This document shows, in pieces, positions 26,801 to 40,284 of a stretch of 64,000 nt of DNA (positions within the stretch are counted from its first letter, which is position 1; the number at the start of each line of letters is the position of its first letter). The stretch spans positions 51,150,001-51,214,000 of the forward strand of contig OX597823.1 of the NCBI GenBank assembly GCA_951406725.2, written 5' to 3'. The position numbers were made by a program, and so were the translations under genes. This DNA comes from Octopus vulgaris. Taxonomy: Eukaryota. The notes beneath the pieces are model-generated. The model saw nothing but the letters and a program-made list of their open reading frames with translations. It ran no database searches and was not told the DNA's origin.

Positions 26801-26964
26801 TATGTAAATGTGTGCAGTAGGGCTGTGCTGTGACATGTCTGCTCCACTGATGTCACCGCTGTCTAACTGTCGTAATTAATGGGCAGCAGCTGTTTGCGAA
26901 TTTTGTTTGGCCGCCATTTTTAACAATACCATCAGGCAGAGATGAACTTACCTACACTACAAAT

Positions 26965-27199
26965 TACAATCACCACCACCACCACCACTACCACCACCAC
27001 CACCACCACGGACACCGCCACAACTAACGCCACCACTACCACCGCTATCTTTGGGATCATCGTTATCAATGACAGTGACCAGTGTCGCCCGCACTACTGA
27101 TGCTGCTGCTGCTACTGCTACTACTACTACTACTACTACCACTACTACTACTACTACTTCTACTACTACTACGTTTTCTATGTTGATGTACATTGTTAT

Positions 27200-27258
<59 letters not shown>

Positions 27259-27450
27259 GTGAATGTGATGAAGAAGATGATGATGATAATGATGACGGCG
27301 ATGATGATATCGATGATGACATTGATGACGATGTTGAGGATGTTGATGGTTTGGATGATGATGATGATGATGATGACGATGACGATGATGATGATGATGA
27401 TGATGGCGTTGATGATAGGTGTGGCGAGAAACTTGATGGTGATGGTGAGG
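26965..27450 (+). repeat. (ACC)/(ACT)n tract switching to (GAT)n at ~27195
   Basis: Seen directly. Confidence 0.9.
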
Positions 27451-27784
27451 GTTACGTCCCATCTACCGTCAACCCACTGAAGCTGAGTTATATACTCAGA
27501 AGCGTTCTAGCCTTGACCATCCCAATTTCCCGTTTTTAAAAATGACAGTGTTGTGCCATGACATTTTCTTCTTTAAGACAATGCATTACTGTTTTGGGCA
27601 CAGATTTAACTGCCTGTTTTTGCACATCGAGTCGTCACGTAGAGACACCTTCGTTGTTTTGGCAGCGAAGATTATTCTGCTCTTTAGTCCTAGGTCAGCC
27701 TTGATTGAGCAGAACTGTAATGAAAAGTATTTCAGCCGTGGATCCAGTCTTATTTCCAAAGAATATATCTATTTCTTTTATCTT

Positions 27785-28000
27785 TTATTCGTTTCGTCAT
27801 CAGACTGCGGCCATGCTGGGGGAACCACCTTCAAGAAATGTCAGTCTAATGAATCGACCCGAGTAATTATTCTCTTTCAAGCATAGCACCAATATTCTAT
27901 CCGTGTCTTCAACTAGACTAAGTGAGGGGATGTAAACACACCAACAGTGACTGTCAACCAGTAGTGCGAGATGAACACAGACGCAGACACACACATACAC

Positions 28001-28078
<78 letters not shown>

Positions 28079-28427
28079 AAAGTTTACGAAAAAAACAAAA
28101 GACGAAGACATGTGGTGTATATATATTTTATTTATGCGCCCTTTTCAAGCCTGGTCAGGCTCATGGGCCCGGTTTCCCGGTTTCTGTGGTGTATTTGTTC
28201 TCCCAGTCCATCTCAGCGTTACTCAAGAAATAAAAAGAGAGAGTGAGAGAAAGTTGGGGCGAAAGAGTACAATAGGGGTCGCCACCCTCCACTCCCTGCC
28301 GGAGCCTCGTGGAGCTTTAGGTGTTTTCGCTCAATAAACACACACAACACCCGGTCTGGGAATCGAAACAGCGATCCTCCGACCGCGAGTCCGCTGCCCA
28401 AATCACTGGCCCATTGTGGCTCCACAC

Positions 28428-28476
<49 letters not shown>

Positions 28477-28495
28477 CATATACATACATACATAC

Positions 28496-28528
<33 letters not shown>

Positions 28529-28582
28529 CATATATATACATACATACATATATATATATACATACATACATACATACATACA

Positions 28583-28614
<32 letters not shown>

Positions 28615-28672
28615 CATACATACATACATACATACATACATACATACATACATACATACATACATACATACA

Positions 28673-28708
<36 letters not shown>

Positions 28709-28717
28709 TATATACAT

Positions 28718-28762
<45 letters not shown>

Positions 28763-28920
28763 TTTCCGTCTACCAAATCCACTCACAAGGTTTTGGTCGG
28801 CCTGAGGCTATGGTTAAAGATATTTGCCGCAGGTACCAACCAACCACGCAGTGGGACTGAACCCCGAACTACGTGGTGTGGAACTAAGCTCCTTACCACA
28901 CAGCCACGCCTGCGCCTATG
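27785..28920 (-). mobile_element. SINE family B split by microsatellite expansion and a nested SINE
   Basis: The 3' part lies at 27785-27990 (ctgcggccatgctggg..gtaaacacaccaac) and the 5' part at 28760-28920 (cagtttccgtctaccaaatccactcacaagg..ccacacagccacgcctgcgcc). Confidence 0.75.
28132..28424 (-). mobile_element. tRNA-derived SINE family C (V-domain-like)
   Basis: Head tggagccacaatgggccagtg..gtttcgattccc; homologous to 29772-30072. Confidence 0.7.
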
Positions 28921-29174
28921 TTCAGGAATATTCATCATGTTACTCATCCAATTTTTTCTTAATTGGGAGAATGTATAGTTTCAGTGATAACTGCTGTCGT
29001 TTTTGCTTTTGTTGTTGCAGTTATTGTTGTTGTTGTTACAGTTTTCGCTATTTTCTTCGTTTTGTTGTCATTTGCTGTTGTCGTTGTTCTTGTGTCGTTG
29101 CTTTGCTGTTATTGTTAATGTTACTGTTTCTTCTTTATAGCATTTCGTCCGTGTTTACCTTGTAAGTAAAAATT

Positions 29175-29770
29175 GAGCTGAGGTCGACTTTGCCTTTTAC
29201 GCTTTCGGAGTCGATACACTAAGTACAAGTTGAGCAATGCAGTCAATGTAATCGACTATCCACCTCCCCTTTAAATTTCAGGCCTTGTGCCTATAGTAGA
29301 AAAGTTTATTACTATTGTTAAGACGGCGAGCTGGCAGAATCGTCAACAAACCGGGCGGAATGCCGCTAAGCATTTCACCCGTCCATTCGTTCAGAGTTCA
29401 AATTTCGCCGAGGTCGACTTTGCCTTTCATCCTTTCAGGATCGATAAATTAAGTACCAGGGAAACACTCGGGTCGAGTGGAGGGGACTAGTCCCCTCCTT
29501 CGAAATTTCAAGCCTTGTGCCTATAGTAGGAAAGATTGTTATTATTATTAAGGGGACGGTTTGGCAGAATCGTTAGCAAGCCGGGCTAAATGTTTAGTGA
29601 GATATCGTCCGACTTTACGTTCTGAGTTCAAATTTCGCCGAGGTCATCTTTGTCTTTCATCCTTCTGGGGTCGATAAAATAAGTACCAGTTGAGCACTGG
29701 GGTTCAATGTAATCGACTTTATCTCTTTTTCCGAATTTGCTGGCCTTGTGCCAAAATTTGAAATCATTAT
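29175..29770 (+). mobile_element. Three tandem SINE family A copies (~29175-29310 partial, 29318-29540, 29549-29770)
   Basis: Repeated gaggtcgactttgcctttcatcctt..gtcgataaa..aagtacc; each copy ends in an (ATT)-rich tail. Confidence 0.85.
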
Positions 29771-29771
29771 T

Positions 29772-30072
29772 GTTGTTTGTCCCTTCTCGAGCCACGCCTG
29801 GCTCATAGGGCCGGTTTCCGGTTTCCTTTGCGTATAGTTTTCCCACCTGGAGGGACGCCGGTCCGTCGCAGGTGAGCTGGAAGATGCAAGAAGAAAGAGT
29901 GAGAGAAAGTTGTGGCGAAAGAGTCAGCAGAAGTTCGCCATTACCCTCTGCCAGAGCCGCGTGAAGCCTAGGTTTTTCGCTCATGAGCACAAACATCGCC
30001 TGGTCTGAGATTCGAACCCGCAATCCACCGACCGCGAGTCCGCTGCTCTAACCACTAGGCCATATGCCTCCA
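29772..30072 (-). mobile_element. tRNA-derived SINE family C (V-domain-like)
   Basis: A box tggcctagtgg and B box ggttcgaatc. Body cctgcgacggaccggcgtccctccagg resembles the V-SINE domain from memory. Confidence 0.75.
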
Positions 30073-30096
30073 CGGAATCATTATTACTATTGCCTA

Positions 30097-30305
30097 AAAG
30101 GGCGGTGATCTGGCAGAATCTATTGCACGTTGAATAAAATGTTTCGCGGCATTTCGTCTGTCCTTACATTTTGAGTTCAAATTCCGCCGGGGTCGACTTT
30201 GGCTTTCGTCCTTTTCAGGCCGGCAAGGTAAGTACAAGTTGAGCGTAGGTTCGATCCAATCGACTAACTCCCTCTTCCAACACAATTTGTACCTATACTA
30301 GAAAG
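30097..30305 (+). mobile_element. SINE family A
   Basis: ggcggtgatctggcagaatc..gagttcaaattccgccggggtcgacttt. Confidence 0.8.
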
Positions 30306-30384
30306 TATAAGTACACATGCTGTTTAACTGCAGTTCATGACCATCCCACCTAACATTAAGACAACGTATTTTGGAGTATGATAA

Positions 30385-30598
30385 TCCTTTCTACTAAAGG
30401 CACAAGGTCTGAAATTTGAGGGAGGAGGTAAGTCGATCACATCGACCCTAGTACTCAACTGGTACTTATTTTATCGACCCAGAAAAGATGAAAGGAAAAG
30501 TCGACATCTACAGAATTTGAACTCAGAAGGTAAAGAAGGACGAAAACCCGTTAAGCATTTCGCCCGTGTTTTAACAATTCTGCCAGCTCACCGCCTGA
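30385..30598 (-). mobile_element. SINE family A, inverted relative to the preceding copies
   Basis: ggtacttattttatcgacccagaaaagatgaaagg..ctgccagctcaccgcc. Confidence 0.8.
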
Positions 30599-30862
30599 TC
30601 TTGGAGTATAATAATGATGATGATGGTGAAGGTAGTGGTAGTGGTGGTGACGGCGATAATAACACTGGTGATGGAGATGATGAAGATGATGATGATGAAG
30701 ATAATGATGATGTTATTGTTGCCGTTGTCAGCTTCGACGTTATGGTCGTCGTTGTTGTAGTTGCTCTTATCTAGCATCAGGTCAACTGTGATCAAGCAGC
30801 TAGGAATCCTTGATGAATAGTAGAAGCGCACTAGCAAAGATGGTGTGTATAATGATAAAACA

Positions 30863-31198
30863 AGGTAAAGGGTAAAGACCTCTTTTGGTCATGAATGACC
30901 ATGGGATTGCACCTAGAAATTTACCCTCCGAGCTACAAGTCCGAGCAAAGTTGCTTATAGACCAGCAGTCGCCCATGCATACCACTTCCTCTCTCAACGC
31001 CACCAATTTTATCCAAAGGAAATGCAAAGTCCGATACAGCTTGGCACCTGTGACATCGCATCTCATTTCTATAGATGGGTGAACTAGGGCAATGTGAAAT
31101 AAAGTATCTTGCTCAAGAATACAACACAGCCCGGCCCGGGAACCGAACTCACAACGTCATGATTGTGAGCCGGACGCTCTAACCACTGAGCCATGCTT
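30863..31198 (-). mobile_element. tRNA-derived SINE family D
   Basis: Minus head gcatggctcagtggttagagcg..gagttcggttccc, CORE-like ttcttgagcaagatacttt, and tail tttaccctttacc. Second copy at 35835-36166. Confidence 0.75.
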
Positions 31199-31556
31199 CT
31201 TCAGTCCGTGATCAACATTAGCTGTTTTTGAATACACTGATGTTGGACTCTTGAAATAATTACGCTGGGTTGGAATTGTTGAAACGTAATAGTGGCAATG
31301 TCGGAAGCGGTATTAGTATTGTTTGTAAGATGAAACTCAAGGTGGACTAGCAATGGTTTGCACAAAATTATGCCAAGGGAACTTCGGGGCTCCGGAGCAA
31401 ATGAAATCTGAATTCCGAGGTCGCTAGGTCGATGAGTAAAGGTTTGGTAACAGAGGAGAGGTGGGAATGGGTACTCTTTGGTCATAGTGTGGCTAAAGGT
31501 TCGAGAGAGAGAGAGAGGGGGGAGACATACAGACTGACAGACAGACAGATAGAGTC

Positions 31557-31587
<31 letters not shown>

Positions 31588-31949
31588 CAGGGAGATGAGT
31601 GTAGTGGGGTGTCTAAGCAATAGCGTACCAAGTTTGTGGGGTTGAGAGGTTGAGTAGTACTGACTGAAGGGAGTGGAGAGTACGTTAGTAAAACAGTAGG
31701 GAGACAGTTTTATGAGATGGCATGAGATGTAGAAACAGACGAGAAAGAAAGATGCGAGAGTAGAATGATGAGTTGTGTAGGTGATGCATGTAGGGATGGA
31801 GAAAAAGAAGTAAGAATTAAGAGTTATGTAGTAAACAGTTGAGAGAATGAGGAGGGGGTAGAGAGGGAGAGATGACACATGAGAAACAAAAAAAAAAGAA
31901 ACAATGAGAGATAGGGATGTACAAATGGAGTGACGGTATGGGGGAATCA

Positions 31950-32960
<1,011 letters not shown>

Positions 32961-33499
32961 AGAAACAGGAGGAAGAGAGAGAGGAAGAGGAAGCAAGAGG
33001 AAAACATATTTAATAAGAAACTTCCAGCAAGAAGACAAAATAGGTGAAAAGCTTTTAAGAAAGGGAAGCAGAGAAGCTTGTACATCATCAGTAGCGACCA
33101 AGAGGATACCATCGATATTTTTGGTGCTGGGGTGCTGGAAGGATAGTTGCTGGGAAGTGTCGTGGTTGGTGGTTTGTGATGTGGGATCAAACGAGGGGTG
33201 ATGGTGGAAGGCATTGTAAGGAGGAAAAAGGAAATTGAAGCAGGGAAAAGAGGTTGGGGTTTGGCAGTAGTGTCTACTAGTTCGGAATTTTATGGCCAAG
33301 GATTGGTCGGTTTATACAAGCCATTAGCAATCTACGTTGGTGTAAGAGTGCAAAGTAGAGGGGCAAGCGTAATAGCGGAATAGACTGGTTATGTAGAAGG
33401 AGAGAAATGAGACAAGTTATGGTGGCATCTGCGACGTGGCGGTTTCGATGGTAGAGGGTTGGGGTTCATGGTTGATGAGGTGGTGGCGGAGGCGATGGT

Positions 33500-34075
33500 G
33501 TTGGTGCCGCTGTTGGTGGCGCTGTTGGTCTAGGTGGTAGTGATGGTGTTGGTGGTGATGGTGTCGGTGGCGATGGTGTTGGTGGTGATGGTGGTGTTTG
33601 TAGTGGTGTTAGTGGCGCTGTTGGCGGTGGTGGTAGTGATGGTCTTGGTGGTGATGGTAGTGCTTGTGGTGGTATTAGTGGTTGTGTTAGTGGCGCTGTT
33701 GGCGGTGGTGGTAGTGATGGTGTTGGTGGTGATGGTGGTGTTTGTAGTGGTGTTAGTGGTGCTGTTGGCGGTGGTGGTAGTGATGGTCTTGGTGATGGTG
33801 GTGCTTGTGGTGGTGTTAGTGGTGGTATTAGTGGCGCTGTTGGCGGTGGTGGTAGTGATGGTGTTGGTGGGATGGTGTCGGTGGCGATGGTGTTGGTTGT
33901 GATGGTGGTGTTTGTAGTGGTGTTAGTGGCGCTGTTGGCGGTGGTAGTAGTGATGGTCTTGGTGGTGATGGTGGTGCTTGTGGTGGTGTTAGTGGTGGTG
34001 TTGGTGGCGCTGTTGGCGGTGGTGATAGTGATGGTGTTGGTGGTGCTTGTGGTGGTGTTTGCGGTGGTGGTAGTT
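33500..34075 (+). repeat. Minisatellite of ~66-95-bp units built from GGT/GAT triplets
   Basis: The anchor gtggcgctgttggcggtgg (with minor variants) recurs at about 33612, 33690, 33756, 33831, 33926 and 34004. Confidence 0.85.
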
Positions 34076-34309
34076 TTGTTGGTTGTGTTCATGGTGGTAT
34101 CAGTATTGTTGTTGCTGCTGGTGGTGGTGGCGGTAATGGTAGTGGTGTTGGTCTTGTTGTTGTTGATGTAGTTGTTTGTTGTTGGTGATGGTTGTGGTGG
34201 AGATGGCTACAGTGAGAGGTTAGTGCTGCAAAGAAGCCGGTCAAGCAAAGTCCCTACCATCACATACACACACATACACATACATACACAAACTAACTAA
34301 CATCAGTAT

Positions 34310-34684
34310 CAACTACGAACACCAACACCAAACGCATTCGTAACCAATAATAATAATAATACCTCCACAACTACCACCTCTGACACTAAATTCAACTTAT
34401 CGAAAGCTACTAGCAACTCTACAACCATCGCCACCAACGCCACTACCGCTGCCGCCACCGCCACCGCCACTACCGCCGCCGCCGCCACCACCGCCGCAGT
34501 CGCCACCACCGCCACAAGCGACACCAATATCCATACCAATACAAATTCCACCATCCATCACCAATAAATAAGTCTCTTTATAGAAATCACAGAGAAAAAC
34601 TACTAAATACCGGTATTCTACAAAGTACTGATGTTATCATTCGGTCGCCAAAACTGCTGTTTTGAACACCAACTACTACTGCTG

Positions 34685-34733
<49 letters not shown>

Positions 34734-35042
34734 CACTACTACCACCACCACCACTACTACCACTACTACCACCACCTTCCATACTACAACTGCTACCACA
34801 AGCACAACCACCACCACCATCACCACCACTACTACCATTACTACTCCACCACCACCCTCAATACTACAACTACTACCACAAGAACCACCACCACCACCAC
34901 CACCATTACCACCACTACCGACAACAGCAACACCACTACTATTACGACTACCACCACCACCACCATCACTACCACTACTACTACTACTACTACTACTAAT
35001 ACTGCTATCACGACTACTTCGACCGACCACCACCACCACCAT

Positions 35043-35093
<51 letters not shown>

Positions 35094-35480
35094 CATCATT
35101 ACTAGTGCTGCTATCACGATTAATTCGACCACTGCTACTATTACCTCCACCAGCAGCACATCACTGCTATTATTACAACTAATACCACCGTCACTAATTT
35201 TACTACTACCACCACCATCACCGCCACCACCAACACTACTGCTGCAGCTACTACTACTACTGCTACTGCAACTACTATTTCCACAAATACTAGTGCTTCT
35301 ATCGCGACTACTTCGACCACTACTACTACTACCTCCACCACCAGCACATCACTGCTACTATTACAACTATTACCACTACCGTCACTACTTTTACTACCAC
35401 CATCACCACCACTACTGCTGCTGCTAATGCTGCTGCTGCTGCTGCTACTACTACTACTACTACTATTACTACTACTACTA
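34310..35480 (+). repeat. (ACT/ACC/GCT)n tracts with a ~188-bp tandem duplication
   Basis: actagtgct..ctatc.cga..ttcgaccact..cacatcactgcta occurs at 35101 and 35289. Confidence 0.85.
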
Positions 35481-35834
35481 TGGTCACTTGTGCAGAACAG
35501 ATAAGAAAACGTAGACTATCGTATCTTTCTGAACAGAAACCGGAATGCCGATACAGTCGGTTCCCAAGGTACTTAAGGCTGCGTTTTTCCACATAATAAA
35601 GATTTTGTCGATTTAATAAATGCTAGAATTAATTGAGGTTGTCATTTGTCAGGTGTCAGTTCTTGCTGAGGACAACTCTACGTCTCATCCTTTCTGAGTT
35701 TGTGAAATAAATACGATATTTCTTGACATTACCTATAGTGACAGAAATATACGCCCAAAGTTACCAGTCATATGACAACCTAGAGCATGTGTGTGTGTAT
35801 GTGCGCGCGCGCTTATTTGATGTATGTAAAGAGC

Positions 35835-36166
35835 GAAGCTCCCCTTCGATCATGATTGACTATCAGATTGCGCCTAGAAATTTCCTCTTCGAGGCACAAG
35901 TCAGGACGAGGTTGTTTATGGAAGACCAACAGTTACCCATACATACCAGCTTCCCTTCTCCGCTCCACCGATGTTATCCACGGAAAAGGCAAAGGCCGAT
36001 ACAGCTTGGCACCTGTGACGTCGCTACTCATTTCTACAGCCGAGTAGGAACTGGAGCGACGTGGAATAGAGTTTCTTGTTCAAGAACACAAAACAGCTCG
36101 GTTCAGGAACCGAACTCGATGCCTCATGATTGGAAGACCGATGCTCTAACCATTGATCCATAAGCA
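35835..36166 (-). mobile_element. tRNA-derived SINE family D, second copy
   Basis: gattgcgcctagaaattt..ccgatacagcttggcacctgtgac..gctctaaccattga aligns to 30863-31198. Confidence 0.75.
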
Positions 36167-36216
36167 TGTATGTATGTATGTATGTATGTATGTATGTATG
36201 TATGTATGTATGTATG

Positions 36217-36263
<47 letters not shown>

Positions 36264-36280
36264 TTACAATAAATGTATTA

Positions 36281-36330
<50 letters not shown>

Positions 36331-36344
36331 GGTAATGATCTATT

Positions 36345-36424
<80 letters not shown>

Positions 36425-36433
36425 TAGTTCAGT

Positions 36434-36885
36434 TATTGGGATTTCAATCAATAGATTTGTGGGTATTCCATTTCAGATAATGCAAAAAGAATATAACGAG
36501 TATTCATAATGGAAAATTCGTGGTATTTACATGCACATCAAGAAATAATACTTGAGGATAAAATCAGTACAATAGCAAGGTATATAATATACTACCTTAC
36601 TTAGCCCTTACTTAAGTTAAAATTATAATCAGAAAAATTATAATTTCTGCATTGGAAGATCAGAATATATGTAATGATCATATTTATAATTCTACGAACA
36701 CATCTTCAGGTTCATTTTGCATAATATTGTTCAGCTATTTTAAATCATCATAATAATTAAGCGTTAAATTAAAAATAAAGAAAATAAACTTTACAAAATT
36801 AAGAATTCAAAAATTAAAATTTATAAACCATAAACTATAAATATAAATTAGTATACGCACAAATCTATTGATTGAAATTTCAATA
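36434..36885. mobile_element. Tc1/mariner-type MITE with ~31-bp TIRs and TA ends
   Basis: tattgggatttcaatcaatagatttgtgggtat versus atacgcacaaatctattgattgaaatttcaata (30/33 complementary). Confidence 0.7.
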
Positions 36886-37029
36886 TTCTCCATATGCATG
36901 TAATACTAAAGGAGTGTGTGCCTGCAGATTTGGGAATTCATTTTCCCACATTATTCAAATATATATATAAAATTTGATGAGTTTTATAGTTTGTAGTCAA
37001 TTCTATTAGAATCGAAAATTCACTCAGTG

Positions 37030-37440
37030 AAACCCAGCTGACGATGAGGAACATTATGTTTTCAGCCACGTTAGTTTGTCCATCTGTGTGAAAAATAACT
37101 CGAAAAGTTGTGAACGGTATTTGATGAAACTTTGTAAAGTTGATGAAATTTGGTAATGACAATGTTTGATGAAAGTTGGTAGTGACAAAAGGAACAGATG
37201 ATGAAATTTTGGTAGTTATTCAAGAATTTCTATGGATTTTTGAAGGATTTTTCATATATTATATTTATTTTACATGAAGTATTACAATGTTACGTTCTTT
37301 GATTATCTCCCTTGAAAACACGTTCATTGTTTCTAAGTAACCTATGGTGGCGTTGCTGTTTGTAAAGTTTATTTTCGTTTCTCTATTAGTAATTTTACTC
37401 GCGTATCTATCTTAAAATGAGCTTCTTTGCGGAGGTCTGT
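37030..37440 (+). mobile_element. Degenerate Helentron-associated (HINE/DINE-like) element
   Basis: attatgttttcag..tttgtccatctgtgtgaaaaataactcgaaaagttgtgaacgg..gatgaaacttt resembles the 5' core of 43315-43680. It ends gcggaggtctg. A further 3' end, ggcggaggtctgcgctctccgagtgc..ctagtt, lies at 38388-38423. Confidence 0.5.
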
Positions 37441-37444
37441 AGAA

Positions 37445-37932
37445 GATGACATGAAAAGCGTTGACTGTTGGGATCGATTCAAAAATCTCAGGCTTTGCTC
37501 CCTCCACAGCCGCTGTGAGCTCTATATCATCTGTATGATGTGGAAAATATTCCATCAACATTGCTAAACATTAAAATTCGTCCGAGGATCCCTCCCCCGT
37601 GCCATCCGTCCACTACAGAAATGTTCGTGTCGTATCACAACACTATGACAGAACTGATTTCACCTCAATTGGCCCTGCTCTCTTCAACATCGTGCCAGAC
37701 ACACATAAAGGAGGAAAGTGACTTCATAACATTCAAATGATCCCTAGATGATTACCCCCAACAAATGCCAGATAAACCACCCACACCCAAATATGTCTCT
37801 GAAAACAATAACCCTCTGCTTGAAAGGGCTACGGTTCTCCAGAGCTGACTGTGTATCTCGTCCAGGTGGTGCTATTAAATTAGACATGGCCTGAGTCAAC
37901 TTCGGCCTAAATTTATCTAAGTAATCTAATCT
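37445..37932 (+). mobile_element. CR1-group LINE 3' end (ORF2 C-terminus and tail)
   Basis: DCWDRFKNLRLCSL..YIICMMWKI..FTSIGPALFNIVP..IKEESDFITFK*SLD..QMPDKPPTP, followed by a short tctaa-repeat tail. Confidence 0.7.
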
Positions 37933-40284
37933 ATGCTGTAATCTTTTAATCAAAGCATGACAACGTGGATAGAGGCTGATATCTTAACATTTCTGATGGT
38001 CTTAAGTTTATTTATAAAAAACATTATTAAAGATTTATATAGAACTACATTCAGAGTATGTATATAAGCTATTGTGTTTAGACCTGGTTCCTATCCTCAA
38101 ACTGTTCCGTTTTGTAGTTTTTTTTTAATAAGGCATTCCGAAATTAGAAAAATCAAAAATCTGCAACAATCTCGGTCCCATGAGTATCGGATAAGGGATT
38201 TTCAGCTGTGTAAAGAAACTGATTGTGGTGATCGTAGTTTTGACGGTGACTATGGTGAAAGCAGGGACAGTGTTGATGATGACGATGGTCGAAATAAGTA
38301 TGGGAGGAAGTTATGTTTTTGCTGACGTTGATTTGGGAAATTGGGCGGTTTTCAGCATGCGTGTACATGGGTGAAAATGAGGTGCTTGGCGGAGGTCTGC
38401 GCTCTCCGAGTGCTTTTCTAGTTTTACTTGTTTCAGTTGTTTTACTGCGGCCATGCTGGTGCGCCACCTTAAAATGATGAATATGATTATGTTAATGATG
38501 ATGATGATGATGATGACGACGACGACGGTGATGATGGCGACAACGACAATGGTGATGACGATGATGACGTTTATGATGACGATGAGGAGGTGGAAGTGGA
38601 GGAGAAGGAGAACGACGACGATGGTGATAATGATGATGATGATGACGATGGTAACAATGACGATGTTAATTTCTACCTTAGGTACGAAGATAATAATTTT
38701 ATGGGGACAGGGTTTGCCGAATACGCCGATGTCAGTACTTGATTGATACTTATGATATACCGACTTCAGGTCTAAAATCTCATGGTCTATGCATAGCTTA
38801 GAAACCCAATCCTAGAACAGACCCATAAAAATTACATGGTCCACGCCCCATAATTCCTTCGAGTAGGGAAGCGATTCCATTCCCTAATAGACATTTCCCA
38901 GCCGATCATAGGTACAATAAAATTTCCAGCTAGCGTTCTTTGAATTCCAGCTAGCGTTCTTGATATTCCAAGAGGAAGGTATAACCATCTCAAGTGTATC
39001 TTCCTCAGTAAGTAAATTAGGATATTGCCTATTAGATCAGAAATGGAACATAAGTTCATTGTCTGAGAAGTTGAAGTCAACTCACCCAAACTAAAGAAGA
39101 CAATCGAATGCAGCAGTCACATAAGTATGGTAGAAGGATAATTCAATCAAAAGTCTTACAGCTCCGTATCATCACTTCCAGTTTGTATACAAGAGAAAGT
39201 TCACTGGAATATGGAATTCATTGGAGTGTTTTAAATAGATACATAAATTATAGAAACTACGTATATTTTTCAGTGTTACACAAACCATATAAAAATTAAC
39301 TGAAAAAAATTCAGCTTTTCACAGCGGGAAAAAACCCCAAAACATATTCTACTCGAAGTAAAAAAATTTGAGGAGCTGTCTATTTTTCGTTAAGTAAGCT
39401 CATGTGGAGAAATTAATTTTGTCCTTTTGGAATATTCTACCGTTATGAAAATGGTTCTTCACTCTCCCTTTTTTCATCCTTTCAATCGTTCTACACTTGG
39501 CCACATGTTTAACAAAGCAACTCTCAGTCCCTTACCTAATGGATTAACATAAGATCATATGGTCAGATGAGGGCGCTTAACTGAGTGTCTGCATGGGTGT
39601 ATGGATGTACATGTGTGTAGCAGGGATGGATTGTGAGAAATTCAGCGAGAAATTGCATATCTTTTATCTGTTACATGTTTCTGTCATTATACTGCGGCCA
39701 TGCTGTGGAACCGCTTTGAAGAATTTTTTAGTGAAATGAAATCACCCAAGTACTTATTTCTTATTAAGCCTGGTAATTATTTTATCGGTTTTGCTTAACC
39801 ACTAAGTTGTGGGGGAGTAAACACACCAAATCATATTAATTTCTAACATAAGTATGGGTCTCAAATCTATGACGATGTGAATTGAGGATTAAATCGATCC
39901 GTTGCTCAAACGGTACTTATTTCATCGATCTCAGAAGGAGGAAAATTATGCCCACTTTGGTACGATTTAAACTCAGGAAGCGCACTTATGCAACTGAATA
40001 TTGCAAAGTATTTAATCCATCATTCTATAAATTGTGGCAATTAACTGATCTGCGCTAATTAAGTAATTAATGTTTACGTAGATAAAAGGGCACAGATGTG
40101 GGAGCAGAGTATAACTGATTACATTGATCTGTGTGTTTTACTTTGTTTTATTACATCTGATGATGAAAAGCAATGTCTACCATGCAGTAATTTGAACTCA
40201 AGACACGCTGAAAGTATTCAACTGAATATTGCAAGGTAATTTCACTATCGTTGTAGACAGGAACATTGCGAGGAACCGGAAGAA

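Noticed and set aside
33500-34075. CRISPR-like repeat-spacer array
   Set aside because: The intervening segments are themselves repeats of each other, the context is eukaryotic, and there are no cas genes.
35521-35575. 32-nt microexon (ctgaacag|aaaccgg...cccaag|gtactt)
   Set aside because: Weak donor, length not a multiple of three, and no other support.
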